From Longimicrobiales bacterium (GTDB lineage: Bacteria; Gemmatimonadota; Gemmatimonadetes; Longimicrobiales; Gaopeijiaceae): a stretch of 64,000 nucleotides of DNA. The position numbers and the translations under genes are program-made. Shown here piece by piece: positions 50,989 through 61,099 of this stretch (position 1 is its first letter; the number at the start of each line of letters is the position of its first letter). The stretch covers positions 32,001 to 96,000 of the forward strand of contig CBDCKN010000014.1 of NCBI GenBank assembly GCA_965218295.1, read 5' to 3'. A model generated the notes under the pieces. That model was given only the letters and a program-made list of their open reading frames with translations, ran no database searches and had not been told where the DNA came from.

Positions 50989-52431
50989 TCAGTCTCGGTC
51001 TGGCGGAGTCCACGCACGGTTGTATTTAGCTGGCATGTACTGATCACCAGGGATAAAGCGCGTGGTGTAACTCTCGTCCAACGACCTCGCCAGCTCATTG
51101 AGGTGCTCCGGGTCCGTGCTCCCCCAGCGTCCGGTGTCCAGGCGACGTATCATAGTCTCAATCACGGCATGGCTTTCCGTAGGGGTAAAATTACAGTGTG
51201 TAGGCGCCTCGACGATTGCTGTGCGGAGTAGGTCATCGTTGCCGTTTGCGCGTACCAGATCGATATAACCTTGGACGCCGCTAAAGGGAGCTAGAGGATC
51301 TCCGATCTCGTGCATCCGCAGAATCGGAACCTTCGGATCGCCCACACTTCTTCGCCCGGGCGCACTCCACCACTCCATTGCCTCTTCGTCCGCCGAGATG
51401 CGGGGAAACGCGTTGATCCGCTCGAGATCATCCTGAAGATCAAGACCGGCTTCCTGATACAGCTGACGAACCGCTCGCTTCTTGAACTCGTTGCCGTTGT
51501 TGAAAAACTCCCTGTAGTCGACGCCGGTGTTCCACGAGAACTGAGTCGACCGCTCAAAACCGGCCGCGTTCTCGAACATGTACCGTGATATACCGCCTAT
51601 TTGGCCGGGGGCGGCACCAAGGAGAACACTCTGGTACATACTGTACTGAAGCGCAGCTACATCGTTCCGATCCGGATTCGGCTCCGTCGGGGTCGTCCAT
51701 TCCGTTTCCTGTCCGATCGTCATGGCAAGCGCAATACGGGCCCGGCCCTCCGGAGTCTGCTGGGCAGCCCTGATCGCTTGGCGCCACGCAAAGGTGAGTT
51801 CGGGGTATTCTGGTCGTAGGGAAGAGCTATGAGGAAGATCCACGATGCGCAGGTCAGGAGCGATCAGCGCCTTCAGGACAAACCACTTGTCCAGCTTCGT
51901 ATTCATCAAGTGGGTTGGGACATATGCGCCCGTGGAGATCACGCCATCGACCCGGTCGGAGAAATCCTCCGCAATGGCGAGCCCGACGTTACCACCTCCG
52001 GAGCATCCATAGTGGATGACTCGATCCGGCTTACGGAAGTGCTCCTCGAACATATCAAGCACCGTATTGAGATGCCTAATCTCTCTCGCGGGATCGTAGT
52101 TGCCGACCCATCGGCGCTCATGCCGGGCCGTTCCTGATACGGCGTACCCCTTTTCGAGCAGGTATAGATAACGGTCGCTGTTGGCACCAGAGGCATAGTC
52201 CAGATCCCTGATGAGCGTTCCGTTCCAGTTGGATGGAACCCGCATCAAGTACCGCGTTCCATCGCCAAGCGTACCTCCCTCCTCGGTGTACGTCCTCTGC
52301 GCGGCGGCCTTTTCGGCCGAGGCGGTCAGCCCGACAAGGGAGGCGACAATCGACGCCACAAGCAGCCGGCCTCCAAGATCTCTCGCTGGCGAAAGGGCAC
52401 CACGGGGGCCAGCCGGCGTTGTTCTCATCAT
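50989..52431 (-). CDS. Secreted alpha/beta hydrolase, phthalyl-amidase-like (copy 3, AxA signal)
   Basis: Close paralog of copies 1 and 2. Confidence 0.8.
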   Translation of the reverse strand: MMRTTPAGPRGALSPARDLGGRLLVASIVASLVGLTASAEKAAAQRTYTEEGGTLGDGTRYLMRVPSNWNGTLIRDLDYASGANSDRYLYLLEKGYAVSGTARHERRWVGNYDPAREIRHLNTVLDMFEEHFRKPDRVIHYGCSGGGNVGLAIAEDFSDRVDGVISTGAYVPTHLMNTKLDKWFVLKALIAPDLRIVDLPHSSSLRPEYPELTFAWRQAIRAAQQTPEGRARIALAMTIGQETEWTTPTEPNPDRNDVAALQYSMYQSVLLGAAPGQIGGISRYMFENAAGFERSTQFSWNTGVDYREFFNNGNEFKKRAVRQLYQEAGLDLQDDLERINAFPRISADEEAMEWWSAPGRRSVGDPKVPILRMHEIGDPLAPFSGVQGYIDLVRANGNDDLLRTAIVEAPTHCNFTPTESHAVIETMIRRLDTGRWGSTDPEHLNELARSLDESYTTRFIPGDQYMPAKYNRAWTPPDRD

Positions 52432-52547
52432 CGTTGTCTCCTTTGCATCTCAGACCTGCAAAGTTGTCTCCTTTGCATCGTCTCAGACCTGCAAACCTGG
52501 GACCTGATCCACGTCGTTTCCGTTTCCCACAGGGCGATCGTAATTAC

Positions 52548-52576
52548 GTAATAGGTTGGACATCTAATCCTGTCAA
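52548..52576 (-). promoter_or_regulatory. Sigma70 promoter with operator-like spacer (copy 3)
   Basis: TTGACA-17bp-TATTAC; same spacer as copy 2. Confidence 0.55.
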
Positions 52577-52589
52577 GGGGTTGCGATGA

Positions 52590-52710
52590 CCGGTTGAGAC
52601 CGCCCGGGTACACCGGAGCGTACAACGTCGCGGGGCCCGAGTCGCCGCTGTCATGGGCCGAGATGCTGTACGGCATCCGGGCCGTCATCAGCACGCCCGT
52701 GTCCTTCACC
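52590..52710 (+). pseudogene. NAD-dependent epimerase-like fragment
   Basis: TGAYNVAGPESPLSWAEMLYGIRAV. Confidence 0.55.
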
Positions 52711-52719
52711 TAATCGAGA

Positions 52720-52865
52720 TTAGGTGGCTCCCCGCGACTACAGCAACTGCCCCGGAACGGATAAGAATATATTGTGCCTCGTTCTCCTTGAAAGAGGCGT
52801 TGATGGGGACAACAATCGCCCCTATCTTTGAGAGTCCCAGCCAGGTGTAGAGAAACTCTGGGACG
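52720..52865 (-). pseudogene. AMP-binding (CoA ligase) fragment
   Basis: PEFLYTWLGLSKIGAIVVPIN. Confidence 0.7.
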
Positions 52866-52904
52866 ACCTCGAGGCCCGGCGCCGATTCTATGAGCCTCCG
52901 ATCC

Positions 52905-53350
52905 TGTACATGACGCTTACCTGGAGCTTCAGCCACGGCTGGGCGGAATCCGCTGGAGACGTGGACGATGCCGCAGTCGTCCATCTCGGCGGGTCATCCG
53001 AGTTCGGTCGCGAAGTCGTGGGGGAGATGAACCGCATCGGAATGATTGTGGACATCTCTCATGTCTCCGACGAGACCTTCTGGGATGTGATTGAGGTTAC
53101 CCGCGCACCGGTCATCGCCTCCCACTCCTCCACCCGTGCGCTTACCGACCACCCACGCAATATGACCGACGACATGCTCCGCGCCGTGGCCAACAACGGA
53201 GGGGTGGTCATGGTGAACTTCTACACACATCTCCTGGACCCGAAGAAGACAACGCCCTGGAACGCCGTCAAGAACTGGGTGCGAAGCCTCGGAAGCTCTG
53301 GAACGCCCCTGTCTGTACTCGCCGATCACGTCGATCACGTGGTGAAAGAC
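52905..53350 (+). pseudogene. Membrane dipeptidase (M19) fragment
   Basis: EMNRIGMIVDISH, PVIASHSS, HPRNMTDD, DHVDHVV. Confidence 0.85.
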
Positions 53351-53702
53351 CCGGTGCGTCAGCGGTCATAGCAATGTATGGAGTAGCCACACTTTAAGAC
53401 TGCAATGTATGGAGTAGCGCCCTGGTTCCTGAGGATGCCCGTCCTTCACGGCCCTCCACAGGTGCTGGGACTAACATAGGATGTGGTACCACTCTTGGGG
53501 GCAGGTCAGTCATATCGGCCTCCAACGCTCTTGAAATACGAACCGCTATGGCTGTGCTCCCGCTTGTTTGATCGGCCGGACCGGGCTCCCTGCGCGGGCC
53601 GGCGCGTTTCTGGTGGGCGGCGCCGTCGCTTGCCTCGCCCCGGCCGTATGCGCAATTATGCGCGTCCTGCAAAAGAGTAACAACACGACCGGAGGCAAAT
53701 CC

Positions 53703-54914
53703 ATGCTCGCTGACACCGCGCCCGCCACGCCGCCCCTCGCCGGCGTGAAAGTGATCGATATTGCGAACTTTCTCGCCGGCCCGCTCGTGTCGATGTTCTT
53801 TGCCGATTTCGGCGCCGAAATCATCAAGGTGGAGCGGCCCGAGACCGGCGATGAAATCCGCTATTGGGGCAACAACAAGAACGGTGTCGGCTTGATGTAC
53901 AAGCTGATCAACCGCAACAAGAAATCCATCACTGGAGACCTGCGGACGCCGATCGGCGTCGAGATCGTCAAGCGGCTGGTCAAGGATGCGGACATCCTGA
54001 TCGAGAACTACCGCAAGGGAACACTCGAGCGATGGGGCCTCGGCTACGACGTGCTAAGCGAAATCAACCCGGGCCTGATCATGGTGCGTCTAACCGGGTT
54101 CGGGCAGACCGGCCCGAACAGTCACCGACCGGGCTTCGGCACGCTCGCCGAAGGGTATTCCGGCTACGCCTATATCACGGGATATCCAGACCGACCACCG
54201 CTGCTGCCCGGCTTCGGGCTGGCGGACGACACCGCCGGGCTGATGGGCGCTTTCCTCACGATGGTCGCGCTGCAGGAGAAGAACCGCTCGGGCAAGGGGC
54301 AGGTCATCGACTTCGCGATCTACGAACCCTTGTTCACCCTGCTCGGGCCGCAGGTTGTCGACTATGACCAACTGGGCCTGGTGCAGGAGCGCAACGGCAG
54401 CCGCCTGCCCTTCACGGCACCGCGCAACACCTACCGCACCAAGGACGACAAATGGGTGTCGATCTCCGGCAGCGCGCAATCGACCTTCGAACGCATGTGC
54501 GAAGCGCTCGGCGTGCCGGAGCTGATTGGGGACCCGCGCTTTCTCGACAACCGCTTGCGTATCCAGCACTCCCCGGCCCTCGACGACGCCCTGCAGGCGG
54601 CCATCGAGAAGTTCGACCGCGACGCGCTCATCGAGCTGTTCGACAAGTTCGGAGCCGCGGTAGCGCCGTGCAACAACATCAAAGAGATCTTCGAGGATCC
54701 TCATTTCCAGGCGCGGGAAAACATCGTCGCCGTTGAGGATGAGGAGCTCGGCGGCCCGATCCGCATGCAGAACGTCGTCGGCAGATTCTCGCGCACCCCG
54801 GGCAAGATCCACCACGCCGGGCCGATCCTCGGCTCGAGCAATCGGGAAATCCTCGTCGAGCAGCTCGGCTTCGACAAAGAAGAACTGAAACTGGCGGGCT
54901 ACCAGCTCGATTGA
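53703..54914 (+). CDS. CaiB/BaiF class III CoA-transferase
   Basis: PLAGVKVID, NRNKKSIT, TGFGQTGP; ATG after GGAGG. Confidence 0.92.
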   Translation: MLADTAPATPPLAGVKVIDIANFLAGPLVSMFFADFGAEIIKVERPETGDEIRYWGNNKNGVGLMYKLINRNKKSITGDLRTPIGVEIVKRLVKDADILIENYRKGTLERWGLGYDVLSEINPGLIMVRLTGFGQTGPNSHRPGFGTLAEGYSGYAYITGYPDRPPLLPGFGLADDTAGLMGAFLTMVALQEKNRSGKGQVIDFAIYEPLFTLLGPQVVDYDQLGLVQERNGSRLPFTAPRNTYRTKDDKWVSISGSAQSTFERMCEALGVPELIGDPRFLDNRLRIQHSPALDDALQAAIEKFDRDALIELFDKFGAAVAPCNNIKEIFEDPHFQARENIVAVEDEELGGPIRMQNVVGRFSRTPGKIHHAGPILGSSNREILVEQLGFDKEELKLAGYQLD

Positions 54915-54928
54915 AGGAGGACATCGCC

Positions 54929-55951
54929 ATGTTGTCGCTACCCGAAAAGGTGATCGTCGTCGAGGTCGGGCCGCGCGACGGCCTCCAGTCGCTCGATCAC
55001 TGGGTGGATACCGACAAGAAGATCGCGATGGTCGACCGGCTGAGCGAGGCCGGCTTTCCGGTGATCGAAGTCACCAGCTTCACCCATCCCAACGTGGTGC
55101 CCCTCCTCACCGACGCCGAGGAGGTGCTGGCACGCATCAAGCGCCGTCCCGGCACGGTGTACCGCGCGCTCGTGCCCAACAAGCGCGGCGCGCTGAGAGC
55201 CGTCGCCACGGATGTGGACGAGATCCTAGGCCTAATGACGGTCAGCGCCAGCTACCTCGCCAAGAACCAGAATATGACGCTGGACGAGGTGATCGCCCAG
55301 GGTGGCGAGTGCCTGCGCGTCGCCGAGGAAGCCGGCCGCGCCTTCATCATGGCCCTTGGGATGTCCCTTTTCTGCCCGTATGAGGGCGTGATCCCGCCGG
55401 AAAGCACCCTGGACTGCATCGCCCGGCTACGCAATCTCGGCGTCCGCCGCTTCTCCCTGGCGGCCAGCACCGGCATGGAGGAACCGCGTCAGGTGAACGA
55501 GTTGTTTCGCCGGGCCTTCGCCCGTTACCCCGATTGCGAGTTTGGCTTTCATCTGCACGAAAAGATGGGACTCGCGCCGGCGAACCTCATCGCCGCGCTG
55601 GATGCCGGTGTCACCATGCTTGAAGGGTCGATCTGTGGCATCGGCGGCGGCATCGTTTTCCCCGAGGGCGTCGGATCGATCGGCAACCTGCCAACAGAGG
55701 ATATCGTGCATTTCCTTAACGAGATGGGGATTGATACCGGGCTCGACACCGGCGAAGTCCTGGCGGCCGCCAGCGACGTGGCCAAGATCGCCGGCATTCC
55801 GCTGAACAGCCATCTCGGCAGCGTTGGCATGCGGAGCGATATCACCCGCCGGGAAACCCGGCGGCGCACGCAGCCTGAGCCAGGGGCCCCGCGGAGGGAT
55901 GCCAAACCCGGACCGCCGGTGTCGCCCGCGGACCCCGGTCTAAAACGCTAG
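54929..55951 (+). CDS. Hydroxymethylglutaryl-CoA lyase family (tail possibly read-through)
   Basis: EVGPRDGLQ, GFHLH, GNLPTED. Confidence 0.88.
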   Translation: MLSLPEKVIVVEVGPRDGLQSLDHWVDTDKKIAMVDRLSEAGFPVIEVTSFTHPNVVPLLTDAEEVLARIKRRPGTVYRALVPNKRGALRAVATDVDEILGLMTVSASYLAKNQNMTLDEVIAQGGECLRVAEEAGRAFIMALGMSLFCPYEGVIPPESTLDCIARLRNLGVRRFSLAASTGMEEPRQVNELFRRAFARYPDCEFGFHLHEKMGLAPANLIAALDAGVTMLEGSICGIGGGIVFPEGVGSIGNLPTEDIVHFLNEMGIDTGLDTGEVLAAASDVAKIAGIPLNSHLGSVGMRSDITRRETRRRTQPEPGAPRRDAKPGPPVSPADPGLKR

Positions 55952-55954
55952 ATT

Positions 55955-56430
55955 GCGGACGAAGCCTTCGAGATCCTCCGGGCCCGGCCCCACGGGCATG
56001 TGGCGGCGGTGCTGGGCACGTTGCGGAAGCTGGGCCTCGCGTACCGGAGGCCGAAGGCGATCGACGTGTACTGGGTCCCCTGGTCCGAGTGATGGATCAT
56101 GGCCTCGGGCCGGCGCTGCCAAACGGCCATGTTCAGTGCGTCCAGCACCAGCTCGGTGCGGAGGTGCGTGGCCATCGACCATCAGATCGGGCGCCTGCTG
56201 ACCCTCGTCGTCCTAGACGGTGGTGCGGGTTCCCTTCCGTCGGCTGACGCCCTCCAGGCCCGCCTCACCCATCAGGCGGGCCACCCGCTTGCGACCCACC
56301 CGGATGCCGCCCTCAGCCTGGAGTTCGGCATGGATCCGGGGCGAGCCGTAGGTGCGTCTGGAGTGCTTGTGAATCGCTCGCATCCGCTCCAGAAGCACCG
56401 TATCCTCCCGCGCCCGCTCCGACCGGCATA
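55955..56430. mobile_element. IS1634 fragment (+) and IS3 orfB fragments (-)
   Basis: RARPHGHVAAVLGTLRKLGL; YGSPRIHAEL; HHSDQGTQYTS. Confidence 0.8.
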
Positions 56431-56437
56431 GCCTGGT

Positions 56438-57668
56438 TGTGCTGAGACGGTATTCACCTGACAGTTGACCACGAGAGAGGACGGTGGCCAGCCGCCCTCG
56501 CCGGAGCTAATTGAGAGATGTCGAAGTCACTCACTTAGCACGGGAGAGAAGATGACCACCGTCCAGGGGGAGAAGATAGCGCGCCGCAAGCTGAGCCTGC
56601 TACAGTTGGCCCAGGAGCTCGGCAACGTGAGCAAGGCGTGCAAGATCGTGGGCTACAGCCGGCAGCAGTTCTACGAGATCAGGAGGAACTTCCAGCTTTA
56701 CGGGGCCGAGGGGCTGATCGACCAGCTTCCGGGGCCGAAGGGACCGCACCCGAACCGGGTGAGTGAAGAGATTGAGCAGGCGGTCTTGGCCCACGCCTTG
56801 GAGGCTCCGACGCACGGAGCTCAGCGGGTCGCGGACGAGTTGCTGCTCGGAGGGATCCAGGTGAGCTCAGGAGGCGTACGGGGCGTGTGGAGCCGGCATG
56901 GCCTCACCACGAAGCACGAACGGCTGCTCAGGCTCGAAGAGACGGCCAGGGAACGGAAGCTGAAGCTGACCGACGAGCAGATCGAGCTGCTGGAGCGCTT
57001 CAGTCCCGAGTTCCGGGAGCGCCACATCGAAGTCCATTACCCGGGCGACCTCGTCGCCGTGGACACGTTCTTCGTCGGAACGCTGAAGGGGGTCGGCAAG
57101 GTGTACCTGCAGACCGTGCTCGATTGCTTCAGCCGCTACGCCTGGGGCCGGCTCTACACGAGCAAGCTCCCGCTCACGGCGGTGCAGGTGATGAATAACG
57201 ACGTGTTGCCGTTCTTCGATGAGCACCGGGTCCGGGTGAAGACCGTGCTCAGCGACAACGGCCGCGAGTTCTGCGGCCGTCCGGACCGTCACCCATATGA
57301 GCTGTTCCTTCAGCTCGAGGACATCGAGCACCGCACGACGAAGGTGGGCAGGCCCCAGTCCAACGGCTTCATCGAGCGCTTCCACCGCACGCTCCTCGAC
57401 GAGCACTTGAGGGTGAAGGGCCGCACCACCTGGTACGAGACCGTCGAGGAGATGCAGCAGGACCTCGAGGCGTATCTGGAGACCTACAACCGGAAGCGGC
57501 CGCACCGCGGTCGAGCCATGGAGGGCCGCACGCCCTATCAGGTCTTCAAGGCCGGTCTCACCGACGCCAGGAAGGCCGCAAAGGCCAGGAAGGAGGAGGC
57601 TAAGACGAAGGCAGCCTAGACACAGCTCCGGCGAGGGCCAACTGTCAGGTCATTACCATCTCTGTACA
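56438..57668 (+). mobile_element. IS481-family element (copy 2)
   Basis: Same transposase as copy 1; 6-bp TSD cctggt. Confidence 0.93.
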
Positions 57669-57812
57669 CCTGGTCGCTTCTCTCAGTTCACCTCTAAGAG
57701 GCCCAAGAGGACACCTCACTACAAGGGGTAGTACGTACTTGAGTGAAGGACACACCCCCGAACCTCCCAAGTGAATTCGGCACGTTTTTGGACCGCAGCC
57801 GATGCAAGATCT

Positions 57813-59945
57813 TTATCGCTGGCTCCTAGCTTGAGTTTCCAGAAGAATATCGGACTTCATAGCCCCATCGATAATGCTATCCGCATCCTCCTGAAGTAAT
57901 AAACGCTTCGCGACTAGCTCAGCGGTGGCCGCATGGACTTGAGTCACATAGCCTTCATGATTTCCATAACGTTCCGCAAGCGACAGTCGCGGATCGCCAC
58001 TTTCCACTCGTTCCGCCTTTGTTCGGGCGAACGGAATGAAGGACCCCCGCAAGATATAACTTTCGTTTTCAGCGCCAGCATGTTCGGATCGCAGGTTCCA
58101 GGCCGTATATGTGCCGAGTGGAACCATCAGGGTAACGGACTTGACGCCAGCGACGTCGTTCCCATCCACGTCCACCTTAGGCACCAGCGGCCGCCAAGCT
58201 TTCCCGGGCACGATTCTTGGCGGATGGTTCGTGATAACGCCTTCCGTCAGAAATCTTGGACCGTAATCAAAGAGTGGCAATTCATTCATTCGCGGCATGT
58301 ATGTGACACCCGAAATTCGTGGAAAGCCTGTTGCTTCTTGGTCTGGGGTCACCAGTGTTCCGTCGTCAATGCGCGGATACATGCTCGGTGGCGGCTCCGT
58401 TCCATAACGAACCCATTCGTCCAATGCCGCCAGGAGCGCACGCGTGATATCATCTAGCGGGGCGGGGTTCGTCAATTCCTTGTGGAGTGGAGCTAGGCCA
58501 TGGCCCAACCCCATGGTCGCGTAGGGAGATCCTCCATGCTGTGTGCCTGCAAAAGTATAATGTCTAACATTGTCAGGGAGCGTAAGATCGGTTGCACCAA
58601 ACGGATCCGTTGTCACCAATGACGCACGACCGTTCCAATATTCGTGCGAGCTCACTGTATGAATGATCTTTGGACAATTGGACATCTGCTCGCAGCGTGC
58701 TAGCACGCCATCAACTCGGTCCGAAAATGGGTCCTTCATGACGTTATAGGCAATAGGAAAATCGTAAGATGGGAAATCCTCCTCATAATGCATAATGTAT
58801 CCCCGCCCTGGCGCCGCGAACCTCATATTAAGCGGATTACGTCCGGCTGCGACGTGAGCCCACAGCCCGTCTACAAGCGATCGGCCATTCACATCTACGT
58901 GGAACCCCATATACAAGAGCTGTCTCACATAGCGACCTGTTTGTGATGCCCCGCCAATTAAGACTCTCTCTATGGTTGGTTTTCCGTCAACAAAAAGAGG
59001 GTTTGGCGTGCCGTTTGAATCGAATTCATAAAAACGAAAAAACGACAAAGCGTCTCTCGTCGATGCAAGACCAAGCCCCATTACTTTCGGATTCTGTGCT
59101 TCGTAGATCAGTTCATAAATCCAACCCGTCCTAAAACCCGCCGGAACACAAAGATGCATTGGGCTTGGGACAACAACCGCTTTAGATGAGCCCCACCGAA
59201 CTCCGAGGGGACAATACGCGAACATCCAGTCAGAGTTGGAGATAGGAATCCGTTCGTCCCAATAACGCTCTCGAACGGTAAGGACTGCACCTATATTGTC
59301 TGTGCTTACGACCTCGTAGCCATCATGTGCTGAGTAACTCTCGATTGGCGAAGTCGGATTCAGGCCCAGGTGTGGCCCGTGCCCAAGTGGCACGGTGAAC
59401 ATAGATGGTTGGTCCAAGATATAGTTCATCCGGACTCGCCCGGTAATGGGCTGACCGTCGTTCGTGGCGACCGGAACTTTCATCAACAATCTATTGCCTC
59501 CAGGCAAAATGTCACCCTGCCAGGCAATATGTGATACAATGAATCCGCGACGCAGTAAACCCGGTGCAAGTGCCCTGGCTCCCAAACGGCCACGATTCGG
59601 AACCCAGCTAAAGAGCGTTCCATTTGCCTTTGAGGGATCGACAGGCCGTAAGACCACGAACTGAGCTTGATATTCCACCCGACCAAGCGCATTGAGAGGT
59701 GCTCTATCAATATCGACGATCTCTCGATTACGCGGGTGACTTGGATCTATTTCAACCGCGAGCGTACCGACAAGGCGTTCATAGGGGCCAGCTGCGCCGA
59801 AACTTTCACCGTTAGCATATGGATACACCTCGTAAGTTACCTCAACTTTATGGTTGGGGTCTTGAATAGCCTGGCCAGACGCCCCTGACACCACCGCCAG
59901 AACGTCCACGAATGTTGTCAGAATGCCAATCACCGTTCGCATCAT
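57813..59945 (-). CDS. Secreted alpha/beta hydrolase-domain protein (PF20091/CehA-like)
   Basis: GESFGAAGPYERL, PNRG, GASQTGR nucleophile, AGTQH, PKVDVDGND, DPRLSLAERY; ATG after GGAGG. Confidence 0.8.
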   Translation of the reverse strand: MMRTVIGILTTFVDVLAVVSGASGQAIQDPNHKVEVTYEVYPYANGESFGAAGPYERLVGTLAVEIDPSHPRNREIVDIDRAPLNALGRVEYQAQFVVLRPVDPSKANGTLFSWVPNRGRLGARALAPGLLRRGFIVSHIAWQGDILPGGNRLLMKVPVATNDGQPITGRVRMNYILDQPSMFTVPLGHGPHLGLNPTSPIESYSAHDGYEVVSTDNIGAVLTVRERYWDERIPISNSDWMFAYCPLGVRWGSSKAVVVPSPMHLCVPAGFRTGWIYELIYEAQNPKVMGLGLASTRDALSFFRFYEFDSNGTPNPLFVDGKPTIERVLIGGASQTGRYVRQLLYMGFHVDVNGRSLVDGLWAHVAAGRNPLNMRFAAPGRGYIMHYEEDFPSYDFPIAYNVMKDPFSDRVDGVLARCEQMSNCPKIIHTVSSHEYWNGRASLVTTDPFGATDLTLPDNVRHYTFAGTQHGGSPYATMGLGHGLAPLHKELTNPAPLDDITRALLAALDEWVRYGTEPPPSMYPRIDDGTLVTPDQEATGFPRISGVTYMPRMNELPLFDYGPRFLTEGVITNHPPRIVPGKAWRPLVPKVDVDGNDVAGVKSVTLMVPLGTYTAWNLRSEHAGAENESYILRGSFIPFARTKAERVESGDPRLSLAERYGNHEGYVTQVHAATAELVAKRLLLQEDADSIIDGAMKSDILLETQARSQR

Positions 59946-61099
59946 CTTCCTCCGCTCTTCCGATACGGGTTTTGCGCACCTGTATCGACATCGGCGCACA
60001 CAATTGCACAGCCCAACCGACGCAGTTGCAGGTCTACTGCGAATGTAGCCTCGGTAATTCACGGTGGCCAGGAGGTTCACGGGTTTTCGGATTCGAGGCT
60101 CTGATGGGATCGTTGTGTTGCGATGAGGTACTCGAAGAGAGACTCCCCCCTTCCCCCAGGTCCTGGCGGAAACTCCTCCGCGTCCAGGGCCCTGCGGCAT
60201 TCTACTGCCGCTTACCCTGTCCGGGAAGAAGCCCGAGAGGAGAACTCAGTTAGGGCGTTGTGTGGCTTCTTCTATCCGACTGAAAACCTAAAATACAACG
60301 GCATTTTGGCCTACTATCGACAGAGAGAATAGCGAATGATCGGCAATATGATGCACCTTGACCAATCTGTAACATTGAAACTCAGGGATCGCGAGATAGA
60401 GCTTGACTACTCGGATTTGATGAGGACTTCTTTTCTCTCGATCAGACCGGCGGGTTCGACCCCGCCGATCCGGAGCCGATTCGCGAGCTCGAGTTCGATC
60501 AGTCGCAGCCAGACTGAGAGCTGCCCGACGGATCACGGACCCGCCGTCCCCGACTCGGGGTCGGGGCCGTGCGGTATCTCTTGCCCATCCACGCATCCGA
60601 TCGTCTCGTCCTTGCATGGCTGGACGGCGAGCGCGCACGTTGCCCTGGGGTCGTGCCTCGCAAGGGGAGGGTCTCGCCTCGATCAAGCAGGGTGCCGGAC
60701 TCGGAAAGGGTCTTTAAAATGCCTATCCCTAAGAAGACCGAGGGGCGTGCAAGACGGAAAGGGAGTGGTTGGAGCTGGTGAAGAGCGAGTGCTGGAAACT
60801 ATACCCGGACATCGGCGAAAATACCGGAGTCCGCAACGCCATCATCGAGTTAATCGGTGATGACTTGACCGCTATGTGGCGGTCCAGGGAGGGCCTTGCG
60901 CCCCGTCTTACCAATGGACTCCCCAGCGAAGAGGACCTTCTGCACGGGCTGTGGCGGGAGTTGGGTATTATTGCCGATGGGGTGGCCGCAGAGACTTAAA
61001 ACCGTTACCGGCTCCGGCAGGCCACAATAAAACTTTGATTCAATCAATCCCCCCGGCAACCATTGATGGTTGCCGGGGGGAACTTTTGGGAGGAACGCC

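Noticed and set aside
17174..52431. Diversity-generating retroelement explanation for the paralog variation
   Set aside because: No reverse transcriptase or template repeat in the window, and the changes are not adenine-specific
53371..53418. Mini-CRISPR
   Set aside because: Only two 17-bp repeats with a 14-bp gap; more likely an IS-end feature
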